This document shows, piece by piece, positions 30,405 to 43,145 of a stretch of DNA of 64,000 nucleotides. This stretch comes from Pseudonocardia sp. (lineage in GTDB: Bacteria; Actinomycetota; Actinomycetes; Mycobacteriales; Pseudonocardiaceae). The DNA is taken from contig JAJAZD010000286.1 of NCBI GenBank assembly GCA_026785945.1, positions 13,063 through 77,062 of the forward strand. The letters are read 5' to 3'. The notes under the pieces were generated by a model. It saw only the letters and a list, made by a program, of their open reading frames with translations. It made no database searches and was not told the origin of the DNA. Position numbers and translations under genes: made by a program. Position 1 is the first letter of the stretch; each line of letters opens with the position of its first letter.

Positions 30405-33143
30405 GTGAATCCGTACGCCGTGGCGGAGCAGCGTCGGGCCGGACCGGGCGCGGTGTCCGCGGCAGGCGTGGTTCTGGCCGGCGCGGCCGGTCTGGTGGTG
30501 TTCGGGGCGGGCACAGCGTCGGCCGAGGACATCGGTCTGGGGGGCTCGGACTACGGGTCGTCCGACTTCGGCGGCATGTCGGGGTCGGGTGACATGTTCG
30601 GCGGCGCCGGTGGTGGCGGGTCCGAAGCCTTCTCCAGCCCCGACGTGGCCAGCAACTCGTTCGACTCCGCTCCGTCGTCGCCGGTGTCGTCGTTCGACTC
30701 GGATGTGTCGTCGCCGGTGTCGTCGTTCGACTCCGACGTCTCGTCGCCGGTGTCGTCGTCCGAGGCTGTTGTGCTGCCTGAGCCGGTGACGGTGCCCGAA
30801 CCGGCTGACGAGGTCGCCGTGTCGACCGACACGGCGACCGGGAGTCCCTCGCCGATGTGGACCGCTGAGCCCGTGTCCGACATGGACCTGGGAAGGACGG
30901 ACGTCGTCGAGGAGCCCGGGCTGACGGTGACTTCGCCGGTCCTCGGCGCACCCAGCGAGACGCAGGACATCTCGTGGAGTGGGTCGGGCACCGACGCCCT
31001 CGGCGCCGGTTCGGCATTTGATGACCTACCGACGATCGTCGACCCTTCCGACGTCACGGCGCCCGGCGCTCTCGACGGGCTGCTCCCGCCCCCGGTGGAT
31101 GACGGGCCCGGCACCGGGGCACAGCAGCAACTGTCGTTCGATGTCGCAGACCTCGCATCTCTCGGGTCGGGCAACGTCACGACGGGCGACGCACCCGCCG
31201 GCCCGGCGCCGCCGGACGACCGGACCCTCCCCGCGGACGGCGGAGCGCCGCTCCGCCTGGAGGGGGCCGTGCCGGTGATCCCGGTCGAGCCGGTCTCGAG
31301 CGGTGCGGACACCGACGTGGCGAGCTACGACTACATGCCCGGGATCGCGGGACAGAGCATCAAGCTGGTCGGGTCGGGCCGTCCAGGCGTCATCCCGGGC
31401 CTGGTCACCCGCTCGGGAGTCGCCGGGCAGGACGGGATGGAAGAAGTCATCGTCACCCCGGCGCGGGAGCCGGCCGGCGACGGTTCGGTGGGTGGACGAC
31501 ACGGCGAGGTCTCGGCGTTGGTGCCGGTCAGCTCCGGATTCGACTCCCGCGAGCTGTCGCAGACCTACCACGTGCCGACGGGGACTCCGCTGGTCCGGGT
31601 GACCGGGGTGGTGCCCGGACTTCCGGGCACTCCGGAGCCCATGGACGGTTTCCCGCCGATCTCGACGCTGTCGCCGGGCACCCCCGCCGAGTCCGGGGGT
31701 CAGGACAACCCGTGGTTCGGGGGCAAGATCAGCACGGACAACGTCCGGCAGACGTTGGAGATCGGCAAGCCGGTCAAGAACGAGGGCGTCAGCAAGGCGC
31801 TCTTCTGGGTGGGACCGGACCTGTCCACGCAGCAGGGCGTCAACCTGACGGCCGAGTCGAGCATGTCCGTGGGCGGGGCTATGCCCAAGGTCGGTGCGAA
31901 GGTGGGTCCGGTGTTGCAGGTCGGGGCACCCGGCTCGGCGCCGAACGTCCAGCTCAGCGGTGGGGTCGCCGCCGCGGCGGAGGACGAGACGGGACTGGCG
32001 GTCAACCCGTTCGTGCAGGGAAAGCTGGTGGTGTCGCCGAACTTCTCGGTGACCGGGAAGCAGACCTTCCCGTTCTTCGACTCGGCGGCGAAGACCTCGA
32101 TCGAGGTGGAGAGCAAGCCCGGACGGTCCGACCCGGCCGAGGACGACCTCGCCCGTCTGATCTCCGTGCCCGCGAACCTCCTCAACGCGGTCTCGGACGT
32201 GACGTCCGGTGTGATGAAGCAGGCGACACTGGGTTCGAACGGCGTCTGTCAGTCCTGCGCAGAGGGCAGACTGGACAACTCGCTGATCCCGGCGGAGAAC
32301 CAGAGGAACGCCGCCAGGCATCTCGAGGCGGCCCGCGTCGCAGCAGACACGTTGCTCACCGACCCGGTGCACAGCCGAGTGGCGGCGAACATCAGTAGCG
32401 CCAACAACCAGCTCGCCACCATGTTCGGGCAGAACCTGCCGCGAAACCTGGACCGGGCATTCGGCGAGCCGGCCCGCGGCGCGGCGAGTGCGGTGCAGAG
32501 CGCCGCGCAGGAGATTCCCGGGAATGTCGACTCGGCGAACCGGCAGTTGGTGCAGTACGGGCAGAACGCCGCGGCCAACGCGAACCGGGCGTTCGTGCAA
32601 CCCGTGCACGACGGGTGGTCCAATCTGGTGGGCGGCACCGAGAAGCTGCGCGACCAGGTGTTCGGGGCGCCGGCCGACCCCGGCCCTGTGGCAGCCCCCG
32701 CTCCCGTCACGCCCGGCGGCGGCGCTGTCCGGATCGGCGACGGCACCCCGGAGGGGGCAAGGGCTGCGAACCGGTGGAACCAGGACAACCTCGGCGTTCG
32801 CACCAACTTCGTGGGCAACGCGCTGGTCGGGACCGGCGCGGACCGCGCGGACGCCGTATTCGGCTCCCCGCGAGCGGAGTCGACGGGGGACACCCGCGCC
32901 GCTCTCCCCGCCGCACAGAGCCCGGCCCTGGTGCCGTCCGCGCCCCGTCCGTTCGAGGAGCCGAGCGTCGAACGCGCCGTGCAGGCGGTCCAGGGCAAGG
33001 CCGACGAGGTCAACCGCGACCACGTCCAGCCCGTAGTGCAGGTGGTGCAGCAGAAGGCCGAGGAGGCCAACCAGAACTACGTCCAGCCCTTGGTCCGGGC
33101 GGCGCAGGACGCCTGGAACCGCCTGACCGGCGGCGGCCGGTAA
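30405..33143 (+). CDS. Large orphan protein, probably secreted (up to 925 aa)
   Basis: Long ORF; hydrophobic leader ending GTASA/E; S/D/P-rich linker, beta-rich core, CxxC, helical repeats; start uncertain (30366 or 30405). Confidence 0.7.
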   Translation: MNPYAVAEQRRAGPGAVSAAGVVLAGAAGLVVFGAGTASAEDIGLGGSDYGSSDFGGMSGSGDMFGGAGGGGSEAFSSPDVASNSFDSAPSSPVSSFDSDVSSPVSSFDSDVSSPVSSSEAVVLPEPVTVPEPADEVAVSTDTATGSPSPMWTAEPVSDMDLGRTDVVEEPGLTVTSPVLGAPSETQDISWSGSGTDALGAGSAFDDLPTIVDPSDVTAPGALDGLLPPPVDDGPGTGAQQQLSFDVADLASLGSGNVTTGDAPAGPAPPDDRTLPADGGAPLRLEGAVPVIPVEPVSSGADTDVASYDYMPGIAGQSIKLVGSGRPGVIPGLVTRSGVAGQDGMEEVIVTPAREPAGDGSVGGRHGEVSALVPVSSGFDSRELSQTYHVPTGTPLVRVTGVVPGLPGTPEPMDGFPPISTLSPGTPAESGGQDNPWFGGKISTDNVRQTLEIGKPVKNEGVSKALFWVGPDLSTQQGVNLTAESSMSVGGAMPKVGAKVGPVLQVGAPGSAPNVQLSGGVAAAAEDETGLAVNPFVQGKLVVSPNFSVTGKQTFPFFDSAAKTSIEVESKPGRSDPAEDDLARLISVPANLLNAVSDVTSGVMKQATLGSNGVCQSCAEGRLDNSLIPAENQRNAARHLEAARVAADTLLTDPVHSRVAANISSANNQLATMFGQNLPRNLDRAFGEPARGAASAVQSAAQEIPGNVDSANRQLVQYGQNAAANANRAFVQPVHDGWSNLVGGTEKLRDQVFGAPADPGPVAAPAPVTPGGGAVRIGDGTPEGARAANRWNQDNLGVRTNFVGNALVGTGADRADAVFGSPRAESTGDTRAALPAAQSPALVPSAPRPFEEPSVERAVQAVQGKADEVNRDHVQPVVQVVQQKAEEANQNYVQPLVRAAQDAWNRLTGGGR
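30675..30758 (+). repeat. 33-bp in-frame tandem repeat (SSPVSSFDSDV x2.5)
   Basis: Units start at 30675, 30708, 30741. Confidence 0.85.
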
Positions 33144-33249
33144 CCGGCTCCGGAGGGCCGATCCACGTCGTCGGGCCAGACAGCCGTAACGCGGCTGCCC
33201 GGCCCGAAGCGTCGATCATGGAACCGTGATCTCCGCGGGAGACCCGGGC

Positions 33250-33387
33250 TCAGGTCTCCCGAAGCGCGCCGGCGGCGAAGTGCGCGCACCGGCGCAGGTG
33301 CACCCACCAGCCGCCCGCCGCGTCGCAGTCCACGCAGCCGGAGCCACCGGGCGGCACGGTCGGATCGATCCCGTTCGGTGCGGACAT
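33250..33387 (-). pseudogene. Truncated UBP-type zinc-finger protein
   Basis: GAGGAG RBS then MSAPNGIDPTVPPGGSGCVDCDAAGGWWVHLRRCAH; stops after 45 aa with the later Cys/His ligands missing. Confidence 0.65.
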
Positions 33388-33522
33388 GCGTATCTCCTCG
33401 CTCGTCGTCCGAGCGCACATCATGGCGCCTCACCGGGCGACGGGCGCGGGAGGTCCGCGACAGCCGTAGGTGTCGGGCGGTCGGCATTGACCGGCTCGCC
33501 GGGTGCTGCCTACCGTTGCGCA

Positions 33523-34377
33523 ATGAGGCGGTTCGAGTGGCGGGACCGGATCGAGCGGCTCGATCCGGAGTCCGACTTCGCCGAGATCTACCGCATCAGT
33601 GCCACGCACGAGTTCCCGTGGGACTACAACCAGTCGCTGTCGTTCGCGCTGTTCCGCACCTATGCGGTGCCGAGCATCGGGCGGTTGCTGGCGTCGACGG
33701 GCGAGTTCACCGAACGCGTCCAGAAGCGCTACGACGACACCGGGCTGCTCCTCGACGCCCTCGTCGAGCACGGGTTCGACAGCGTGCAGGGGCGCACCGC
33801 GATCCGGCGGGTGAACCGGATGCACGGCTCCTACGACATCGCCGACGGTGACCTGCTCTACGTCCTCTCGACGTTCGTGGTCGTCCCGATCCACTGGATC
33901 GACGAGCTGGGCTGGCGGGTGCTCACCGAGGCCGAGAAGGTCGCGGCCGCGAACTACTACCGCGAGCTGGGTCGGCGCCTGGGCATGCGCGACGTCCCGG
34001 CGACCCACGGCGAGTTCGCCGCCTACCTCGACGCCTACGAGGCCGAGCACTTCGCGTTCGACGAGGGCGGGCGGGCGGTCGCCGATGCCACGCTCGCCCT
34101 GTTCGCGACGTTCCCGCCGAACCACCGGGCGCCCGCGGCGCTGGTCACCCGCTTCTCCTACGGCCTGATGGACGACCCGCTGCGCGCCGCGTTCCACTAC
34201 CCGCGCATCTCCCCGCTGGAGCAGCGGGTCGCCCGCGGGGCGGTGAAGCTGCGCAGCCGGGTCGTGCGGTGGCTTCCCCCGCGGCTCGAGCCCAGGTTCG
34301 CCCGCCAGCTCCCGAACATCCGCAGCTACCCCGGCGGCTACGACCTGAGCGCTCTGGGCACGTTCCCGCGCGCCTGA
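33523..34377 (+). CDS. ER-bound oxygenase MpaB/DUF2236 family protein
   Basis: ALFRTYAVPSI, KRYDDT, RVNRMHG, YVLSTFVV. Confidence 0.85.
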   Translation: MRRFEWRDRIERLDPESDFAEIYRISATHEFPWDYNQSLSFALFRTYAVPSIGRLLASTGEFTERVQKRYDDTGLLLDALVEHGFDSVQGRTAIRRVNRMHGSYDIADGDLLYVLSTFVVVPIHWIDELGWRVLTEAEKVAAANYYRELGRRLGMRDVPATHGEFAAYLDAYEAEHFAFDEGGRAVADATLALFATFPPNHRAPAALVTRFSYGLMDDPLRAAFHYPRISPLEQRVARGAVKLRSRVVRWLPPRLEPRFARQLPNIRSYPGGYDLSALGTFPRA

Positions 34378-34447
34378 TCACGCCCCTGCCTGATCACGCC
34401 CCTGTGTGATCACGCCCCTGCCCGATCACGCCCCTGCCCGATCACGC
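34375..34447. repeat. 16-bp tandem repeat x4.5, (T/C)GATCACGCCCCTG(CC/TG)
   Basis: Units at 34375, 34391, 34407, 34423, partial 34439. Confidence 0.92.
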
Positions 34448-35518
34448 ACGGGGCGGCGGAGCCGTTGTCGTGCCGGTGCGGAGCTGGACCGGAAGCGTCA
34501 CGTCGTCCGGTCGTTCGCCGGCCACCAGTCCCATCGCCGCGCGGGCGGCGGAGCGACCCTTCTCCTCGGTCGGCTGGACGACCGTGGTGAGCCGCGTGTC
34601 GCCCAGCCAGTGCAGGTCGGCGCCGTCGAAACCCGCCACCGACACGTCGTCGGGCACCCGCAGGTCCAGCTCGGCGGCGGCTCGGAGCACCCCGGCCGCG
34701 AGGACGTCGCTCTGCGCGATCACCGCGGTCGGGCGGCGGTGCGCGGGCACGCCGAGCACCCTGCGGCCCGCCCCGATGCCCTCGTCCACGGCGTTGCTGG
34801 CGGTCTCGAACACCGGCACGGCGCCGAACACGTCCTCCACACCCTCGATGCGGTGGCGGACGTCGCGGTAGTGCGCCCGGGAGCGACGCGACGCGCCGAC
34901 CGGCCCGCGTGTGCCGTCGAGGCGCAGGGGCATCGCGACCACCTCGACGCGGCGGTGGCCGAGACCGTGCAGGTGCCGGGCGAGGTCGCGGGTGCCGCGC
35001 CGGTCGTCGATGTCGACGAGGACGACGCCGTCCACGGCCGGGCCCTCGACGACGACGAGCGGCACCCCGCGCGCGCGGAGCTGTTCCAGCGCCGGGTCGT
35101 CCTCCAGCCCGCAGGTGGCGAAGATCGCGGCGTCGAGGGGCAGGCGCCCGATCTGGTCGGTGGAGGGACGCCCGGTGTCACCGGCGAGCAGCAACAACCC
35201 GACGCCGTGCGGGCCGAGCACCTCGGTGATGCCGTCGAGCAGCGCGACGGCGACAGGGTCGCGGAACGCGTGGAGCAGCCGCTCGCCCACGAAGGCGCCG
35301 ATGACGCCGCTGCGGCCCCGGCGCAGGGACGCCGCGAGCGGGTCGGGGCCGGCGTAGCCGAGGGCGGCGGCGGCGGTCAGCACCCGCTCGCGCGTCGCGG
35401 GCGTCACGCGCGGGCTGCCGGAGAACGTCAGCGACGCGGTGGACGGCGAGACCCCGGCGCGGGCCGCGACGACGGCCAGCGTCGGGCGGGTGGTCACGGA
35501 CGAGACGGTACGCGTCAC
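34442..35518 (-). CDS. LacI family transcriptional regulator
   Basis: PTLAVVAARAGVSPSTASLTFSG HTH; SDVLA, VPDDVSVAGFDG, LTTVVQP; start 35518 or 35497. Confidence 0.9.
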   Translation of the reverse strand: MTRTVSSVTTRPTLAVVAARAGVSPSTASLTFSGSPRVTPATRERVLTAAAALGYAGPDPLAASLRRGRSGVIGAFVGERLLHAFRDPVAVALLDGITEVLGPHGVGLLLLAGDTGRPSTDQIGRLPLDAAIFATCGLEDDPALEQLRARGVPLVVVEGPAVDGVVLVDIDDRRGTRDLARHLHGLGHRRVEVVAMPLRLDGTRGPVGASRRSRAHYRDVRHRIEGVEDVFGAVPVFETASNAVDEGIGAGRRVLGVPAHRRPTAVIAQSDVLAAGVLRAAAELDLRVPDDVSVAGFDGADLHWLGDTRLTTVVQPTEEKGRSAARAAMGLVAGERPDDVTLPVQLRTGTTTAPPPRA

Positions 35519-35563
35519 AGCCCCACGGGTTGAGCGATGGCTGCACGGCCACGTACCGTCTTC

Positions 35564-35581
35564 TATCGAATCGATTCGATA
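35564..35581. promoter_or_regulatory. Perfect 18-bp palindrome, probable LacI operator
   Basis: TATCGAATCGATTCGATA between the divergent LacI and MFS genes. Confidence 0.75.
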
Positions 35582-35594
35582 CGGAGGCGTCGTC

Positions 35595-36806
35595 GTGCCG
35601 ACCGCCCGGGCGCTGCCCACCCCCACCCCCGAGACGTCGCGCGCCCGTACCGCCGTGGTGATCGCGTTCGCCGCGAACGGCGTCGCGTTCGCCTCGTTCA
35701 TCTCCCGCACCCCGGCCATCCGCGACGCGCTCGGCATCTCCTCGGCCCAGCTCGGGTTGCTGCTCCTGTGCCTGTCCGGCGGGGCCATCGCGGGGCTGCC
35801 GCTGTCCGGGCCGGTGGTGCACCGGCTCGGGCCCGGCCCCGCCGTGCTGCTCGGGGCGCTGTCGGTCAGCCTCGGGCTCGCCGGGCTGGTGACCGGGCTC
35901 GTCACGGGTGCCGTCGTCCCGGCCGGGATCGGGCTGGTGTTCACCGGGCTGGGCAGCGGGGTGTGGGACGTCGCGATGAACGTCGAGGGCGCCGACGTCG
36001 AACACCGCCTCGGCCGCTCGCTGCTGCCCCGCCTGCACGCCGCGTTCAGCCTGGGCACGGTGGCCGGTGCCGCGCTCGGGGCCGCCTCGGCCGCCACCGG
36101 CGTACCGCTCGCGGTGCAGGTCGCGGCGGTCGCGGTACTCCTCCCGGTCGTCGTCACCGTGGCGAGCCTCCGCTTCCTGCCCCGGCACGAGGCCGCCGCC
36201 GGCAAGGCGGCCACCGGCTCCGGTGTCCTCGTGGCGTGGCGTGAGCCGCGCACCCTGCTGATCGGTCTGATGGTGTTCGGGTTCGCCTTCACCGAGGGCT
36301 CGGCGAACGACTGGATCGCCGTGGCGTTCGTCGACGGGTATGCGGTGAGTGAGGCCGTCGGCGCGGTGGCGTTCGGGTTCTTCGTGAGCGCGATGACGGT
36401 GGGGCGGCTGCTCGGCGGGTCGGCTCTGGAGCGGTTCGGTCGCGTGGCGGTGTTGCGTGCGACGGCGGTGTTCGCGCTGGCCGGACTGCTGCTGGTGCTG
36501 CTGGGTGGCTCCACGCCCGTCGCGCTGGCCGGTGCGTTGTTGTGGGGGGTCGGGGCGTCGCTGGGGTTCCCGGTCGGCATGAGCGCGGCGGCCGACGACC
36601 CGGTCCTCGCTGCCGCGCGCGTGTCGGTGGTCAGTTCGGTGGGCTATACCGCGTTCCTCGCCGGGCCCCCGTTGATCGGACTGCTCTCCGAGGACGCCGG
36701 CATCCTGCGCGGGTTGTTCGTCGTGCTCGGGGCGCTGGTGGTGGGCCTGCTCGCCGCGGGCGCTGCCCGCCCCCTCCCCACACCGGACCACCAACAACCC
36801 CACTGA
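35595..36806 (+). CDS. MFS transporter
   Basis: About 12 TM; SRTPAIRDAL, MNVEG, LHAAFSLG, EGSANDW; GGAGG RBS. Confidence 0.9.
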   Translation: MPTARALPTPTPETSRARTAVVIAFAANGVAFASFISRTPAIRDALGISSAQLGLLLLCLSGGAIAGLPLSGPVVHRLGPGPAVLLGALSVSLGLAGLVTGLVTGAVVPAGIGLVFTGLGSGVWDVAMNVEGADVEHRLGRSLLPRLHAAFSLGTVAGAALGAASAATGVPLAVQVAAVAVLLPVVVTVASLRFLPRHEAAAGKAATGSGVLVAWREPRTLLIGLMVFGFAFTEGSANDWIAVAFVDGYAVSEAVGAVAFGFFVSAMTVGRLLGGSALERFGRVAVLRATAVFALAGLLLVLLGGSTPVALAGALLWGVGASLGFPVGMSAAADDPVLAAARVSVVSSVGYTAFLAGPPLIGLLSEDAGILRGLFVVLGALVVGLLAAGAARPLPTPDHQQPH

Positions 36807-36863
36807 CCCGCCGCGCTCCCGCCGGGGGGTCGTGCTCCGCGGTTCAGTTCGGCGCTCCCGGTC

Positions 36864-36976
36864 GATGGGGGGCACCGGGCCGGACGGGGAGCACCGCGCG
36901 CCGGATGGGGAGCACCGCGCCGGACGGGGAGCACCGCGCGCCGGACGGGGAGCACCGCGCCGGACGGGGGGCGCCG
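36864..36976. repeat. Alternating 19/21-bp tandem repeat (40-bp higher-order unit)
   Basis: GA(C/T)GGGGAGCACCGCGC(GC)CG units at 36864, 36883, 36904, 36923, 36944, partial 36963. Confidence 0.9.
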
Positions 36977-37012
36977 GTCAGGTTACGGCGTGTTTCGGGG
37001 GCGGCCCGACCC

Positions 37013-37061
37013 TTGACAGGCGCCCATCACTGAGCGGACTCTGTTGCGCGTCGTGCACAAC
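37013..37061 (+). promoter_or_regulatory. Promoter of betaine-catabolism operon with candidate operator
   Basis: TTGACA (37013-18), GACTCT 18 bp later, imperfect palindrome GTTGCGC-N5-GCACAAC (37043-61). Confidence 0.5.
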
Positions 37062-37089
37062 GTTCCGCACTGCGCTCCGGAGATTCCGC

Positions 37090-41076
<3,987 letters not shown>

Positions 41077-41080
<4 letters not shown>

Positions 41081-42264
41081 CCGCCGCGGAGGCCGACCTG
41101 GACCGTCCCGAGCCCGCCCGTCCCGACCCGGGCGCGCCCGAGCCCGGCCGTCCCGAGCCCGGCGCGCCGGGGCCGAGCCTCGTCCGTACGCTCCCCGGCT
41201 CGGCCTACACCGACCCCGGGGTGTTCGCCGACGAGCAGGAGCGCATCTTCGAGCGCACCTGGGCGTGTGTCGCGTTCGCCGCGGACCTCGCCGCGGCGGG
41301 GGCTTTCCACACGGTCACCGTCGGGCGGGAGAGCGTGGTGCTCGTCCGCGGCCGCGACGGGGTCGTGCGTGCCTTCCTCAACGTGTGCCGACACCGGGGC
41401 GCGCGGCTGTGCACCGACGACGCCGGGCAACTGCGCCGCAACCTGCAGTGCTCCTACCACGCCTGGACCTACGACCTCACCGGCCGGCTCGTGGCCGCTC
41501 CGAACCTGAGCTCGATGCCCGACGTCGACCGCGTCGAGTACGGCCTGCTGGCCGTCCACCTGCGGGAATGGCTGGGCTACGTGTGGATCTGCCTGGCCGA
41601 CGAACCGCCGTCGTTCGAGGCCGACGTGCTCGGCGAGGTGGTCAGCAGGCTCGGCGAGGTCGCGGCGATCGAGCGCTACGGCGTCGAGCAACTCGCCCTG
41701 GGCCGGCGCCTGAGATACGACGTCGCCGCGAACTGGAAGCTGATCGTCGAGAACTTCATGGAGTGCTACCACTGCGCCTCGATCCATCCGGAGCTGACAG
41801 AGGTTCTTCCGGAGTTCGCCGACGGGTACGCGGCGCAGTACTGGGTGGGCCACGGCGCGGAGTTCGCCCCCACGGCCGCCGGGTTCACCGTCGACGGTCG
41901 CGCGGGCGCGGATCGGCTCCCGGGTGTGACCGACGAGCAGGACCGCCGCTACTACGCGATCACGATCAAACCCCAGGTGTTCGTCAACCTGGTGCCCGAC
42001 CACGTGATCGTCCACCGGATGACGCCGCTCGCCCCCGACCGCACCGTGGTGGAGTGCGACTGGCTCTTCGCCCCCGACGCGCTGGGTCGCGACCTCGACC
42101 CCTCCGTGGAACTGTTCCACCGCGTCAACGTCCAGGACTTCGCGGCCTGCGAGCGCACCCAGCCCGGCATGGGCAGCCGCGCCTATCGCGACGGCGGCGT
42201 CCTCGTCCCGAGCGAGCACCACATCGGCGCGTTCCACTCCTGGGTCACCGCCCGGCTGAGATGA
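41077..42264 (+). CDS. Rieske non-heme iron oxygenase alpha subunit (glycine-betaine/choline-type N-demethylase-like)
   Basis: NVCRHRG..CSYHAW Rieske site; [15 protein letters not shown]...H mononuclear iron site; N-terminal RPEPA/APEPG repeats. Confidence 0.88.
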
Positions 42265-42308
42265 ACACCAGCGCTGTCGATCATCTCCGGACAGCGCTGA
42301 CGTTCATC

Positions 42309-43088
42309 TCACTCGCCGAACCAGCCCATGCGGCGGGAGATCTCCGCCGCTGCGGCGCGCAGGGGACTGGTGAGCCGGGCCAGGCGTGTCTCGTCCAGAC
42401 GGTAGCTCGGGCCGCTCACGCTGAGCGCCGCGATCACCTCGCCGCCGCGGCCGAGCACGGGGGCGGCGACGGCGTTCAGGCCGACCTCGTACTCCTCCAC
42501 GGCCGTCGCGAACCCGTCGGCGAGCACCCCGTCGAGCTCGGACTCCAGCGATGCGGCGGACGTGACGGTGTGCGGGGTGAACGCCCCCATGCCCGACGCC
42601 TCGAGCAGCTCGGCCCGGCGGGGCAGCGGGACGTGGGCGAGCAGCACCTTCCCGCTCGACGTGCAGTGCAGCGGCGTGAGGTGCCCGATCCAGTTGTGCG
42701 TGGAGACGGTGGACGGCCCGCGGGCCTGGTCGACGTTCACCGCCCAGTGCTTCTGCAGGATGGCGACGTTGATCGTCTCGCCCATCTCGACGGCCAGACG
42801 CTCGCACACGTCGCGGCCCCGCCTGCTCACGTCGAGACGGTCGGAGACGGCGCCGGCCAGCGGGATCAGTCCGAACCCGAGCCGGTACTTGCCGCGGTCG
42901 GACGCCTGCTCGACGAGCCCGCGCACCTCCAGCGCGCCCAGCAGCCGGAACGCCGTGGACTTGTGCACCTCGATCTCGGCGGCCACCTCGCTGACCCCGG
43001 CCTCGCCGCGGCGGGCCAGGATCTCCAGCACGCTGATCGCCCGATCGACGGACTGGACGCCCCCATCACGACCAGTCGTGTTGCCCAT
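42309..43088 (-). CDS. IclR family regulator
   Basis: VQSVDRAISVLEIL, HKSTAFRLL, LHCTSSGKVLLA. Confidence 0.92.
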   Translation of the reverse strand: MGNTTGRDGGVQSVDRAISVLEILARRGEAGVSEVAAEIEVHKSTAFRLLGALEVRGLVEQASDRGKYRLGFGLIPLAGAVSDRLDVSRRGRDVCERLAVEMGETINVAILQKHWAVNVDQARGPSTVSTHNWIGHLTPLHCTSSGKVLLAHVPLPRRAELLEASGMGAFTPHTVTSAASLESELDGVLADGFATAVEEYEVGLNAVAAPVLGRGGEVIAALSVSGPSYRLDETRLARLTSPLRAAAAEISRRMGWFGE

Positions 43089-43145
43089 GGCGAAACTATA
43101 TGCGTCGATCCGAACGCGGTGGTTGACGCGACGTCTCTTCGGAGG

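Noticed and set aside
30405-30445. Twin-arginine signal in the orphan protein (EQRRAG)
   Set aside because: Lacks the S/T-RR-x-F-L consensus; Sec-type more likely.
34375-36976. The 16-bp and 19/21-bp arrays as CRISPR
   Set aside because: Units are directly adjacent with no unique spacers; no cas genes.
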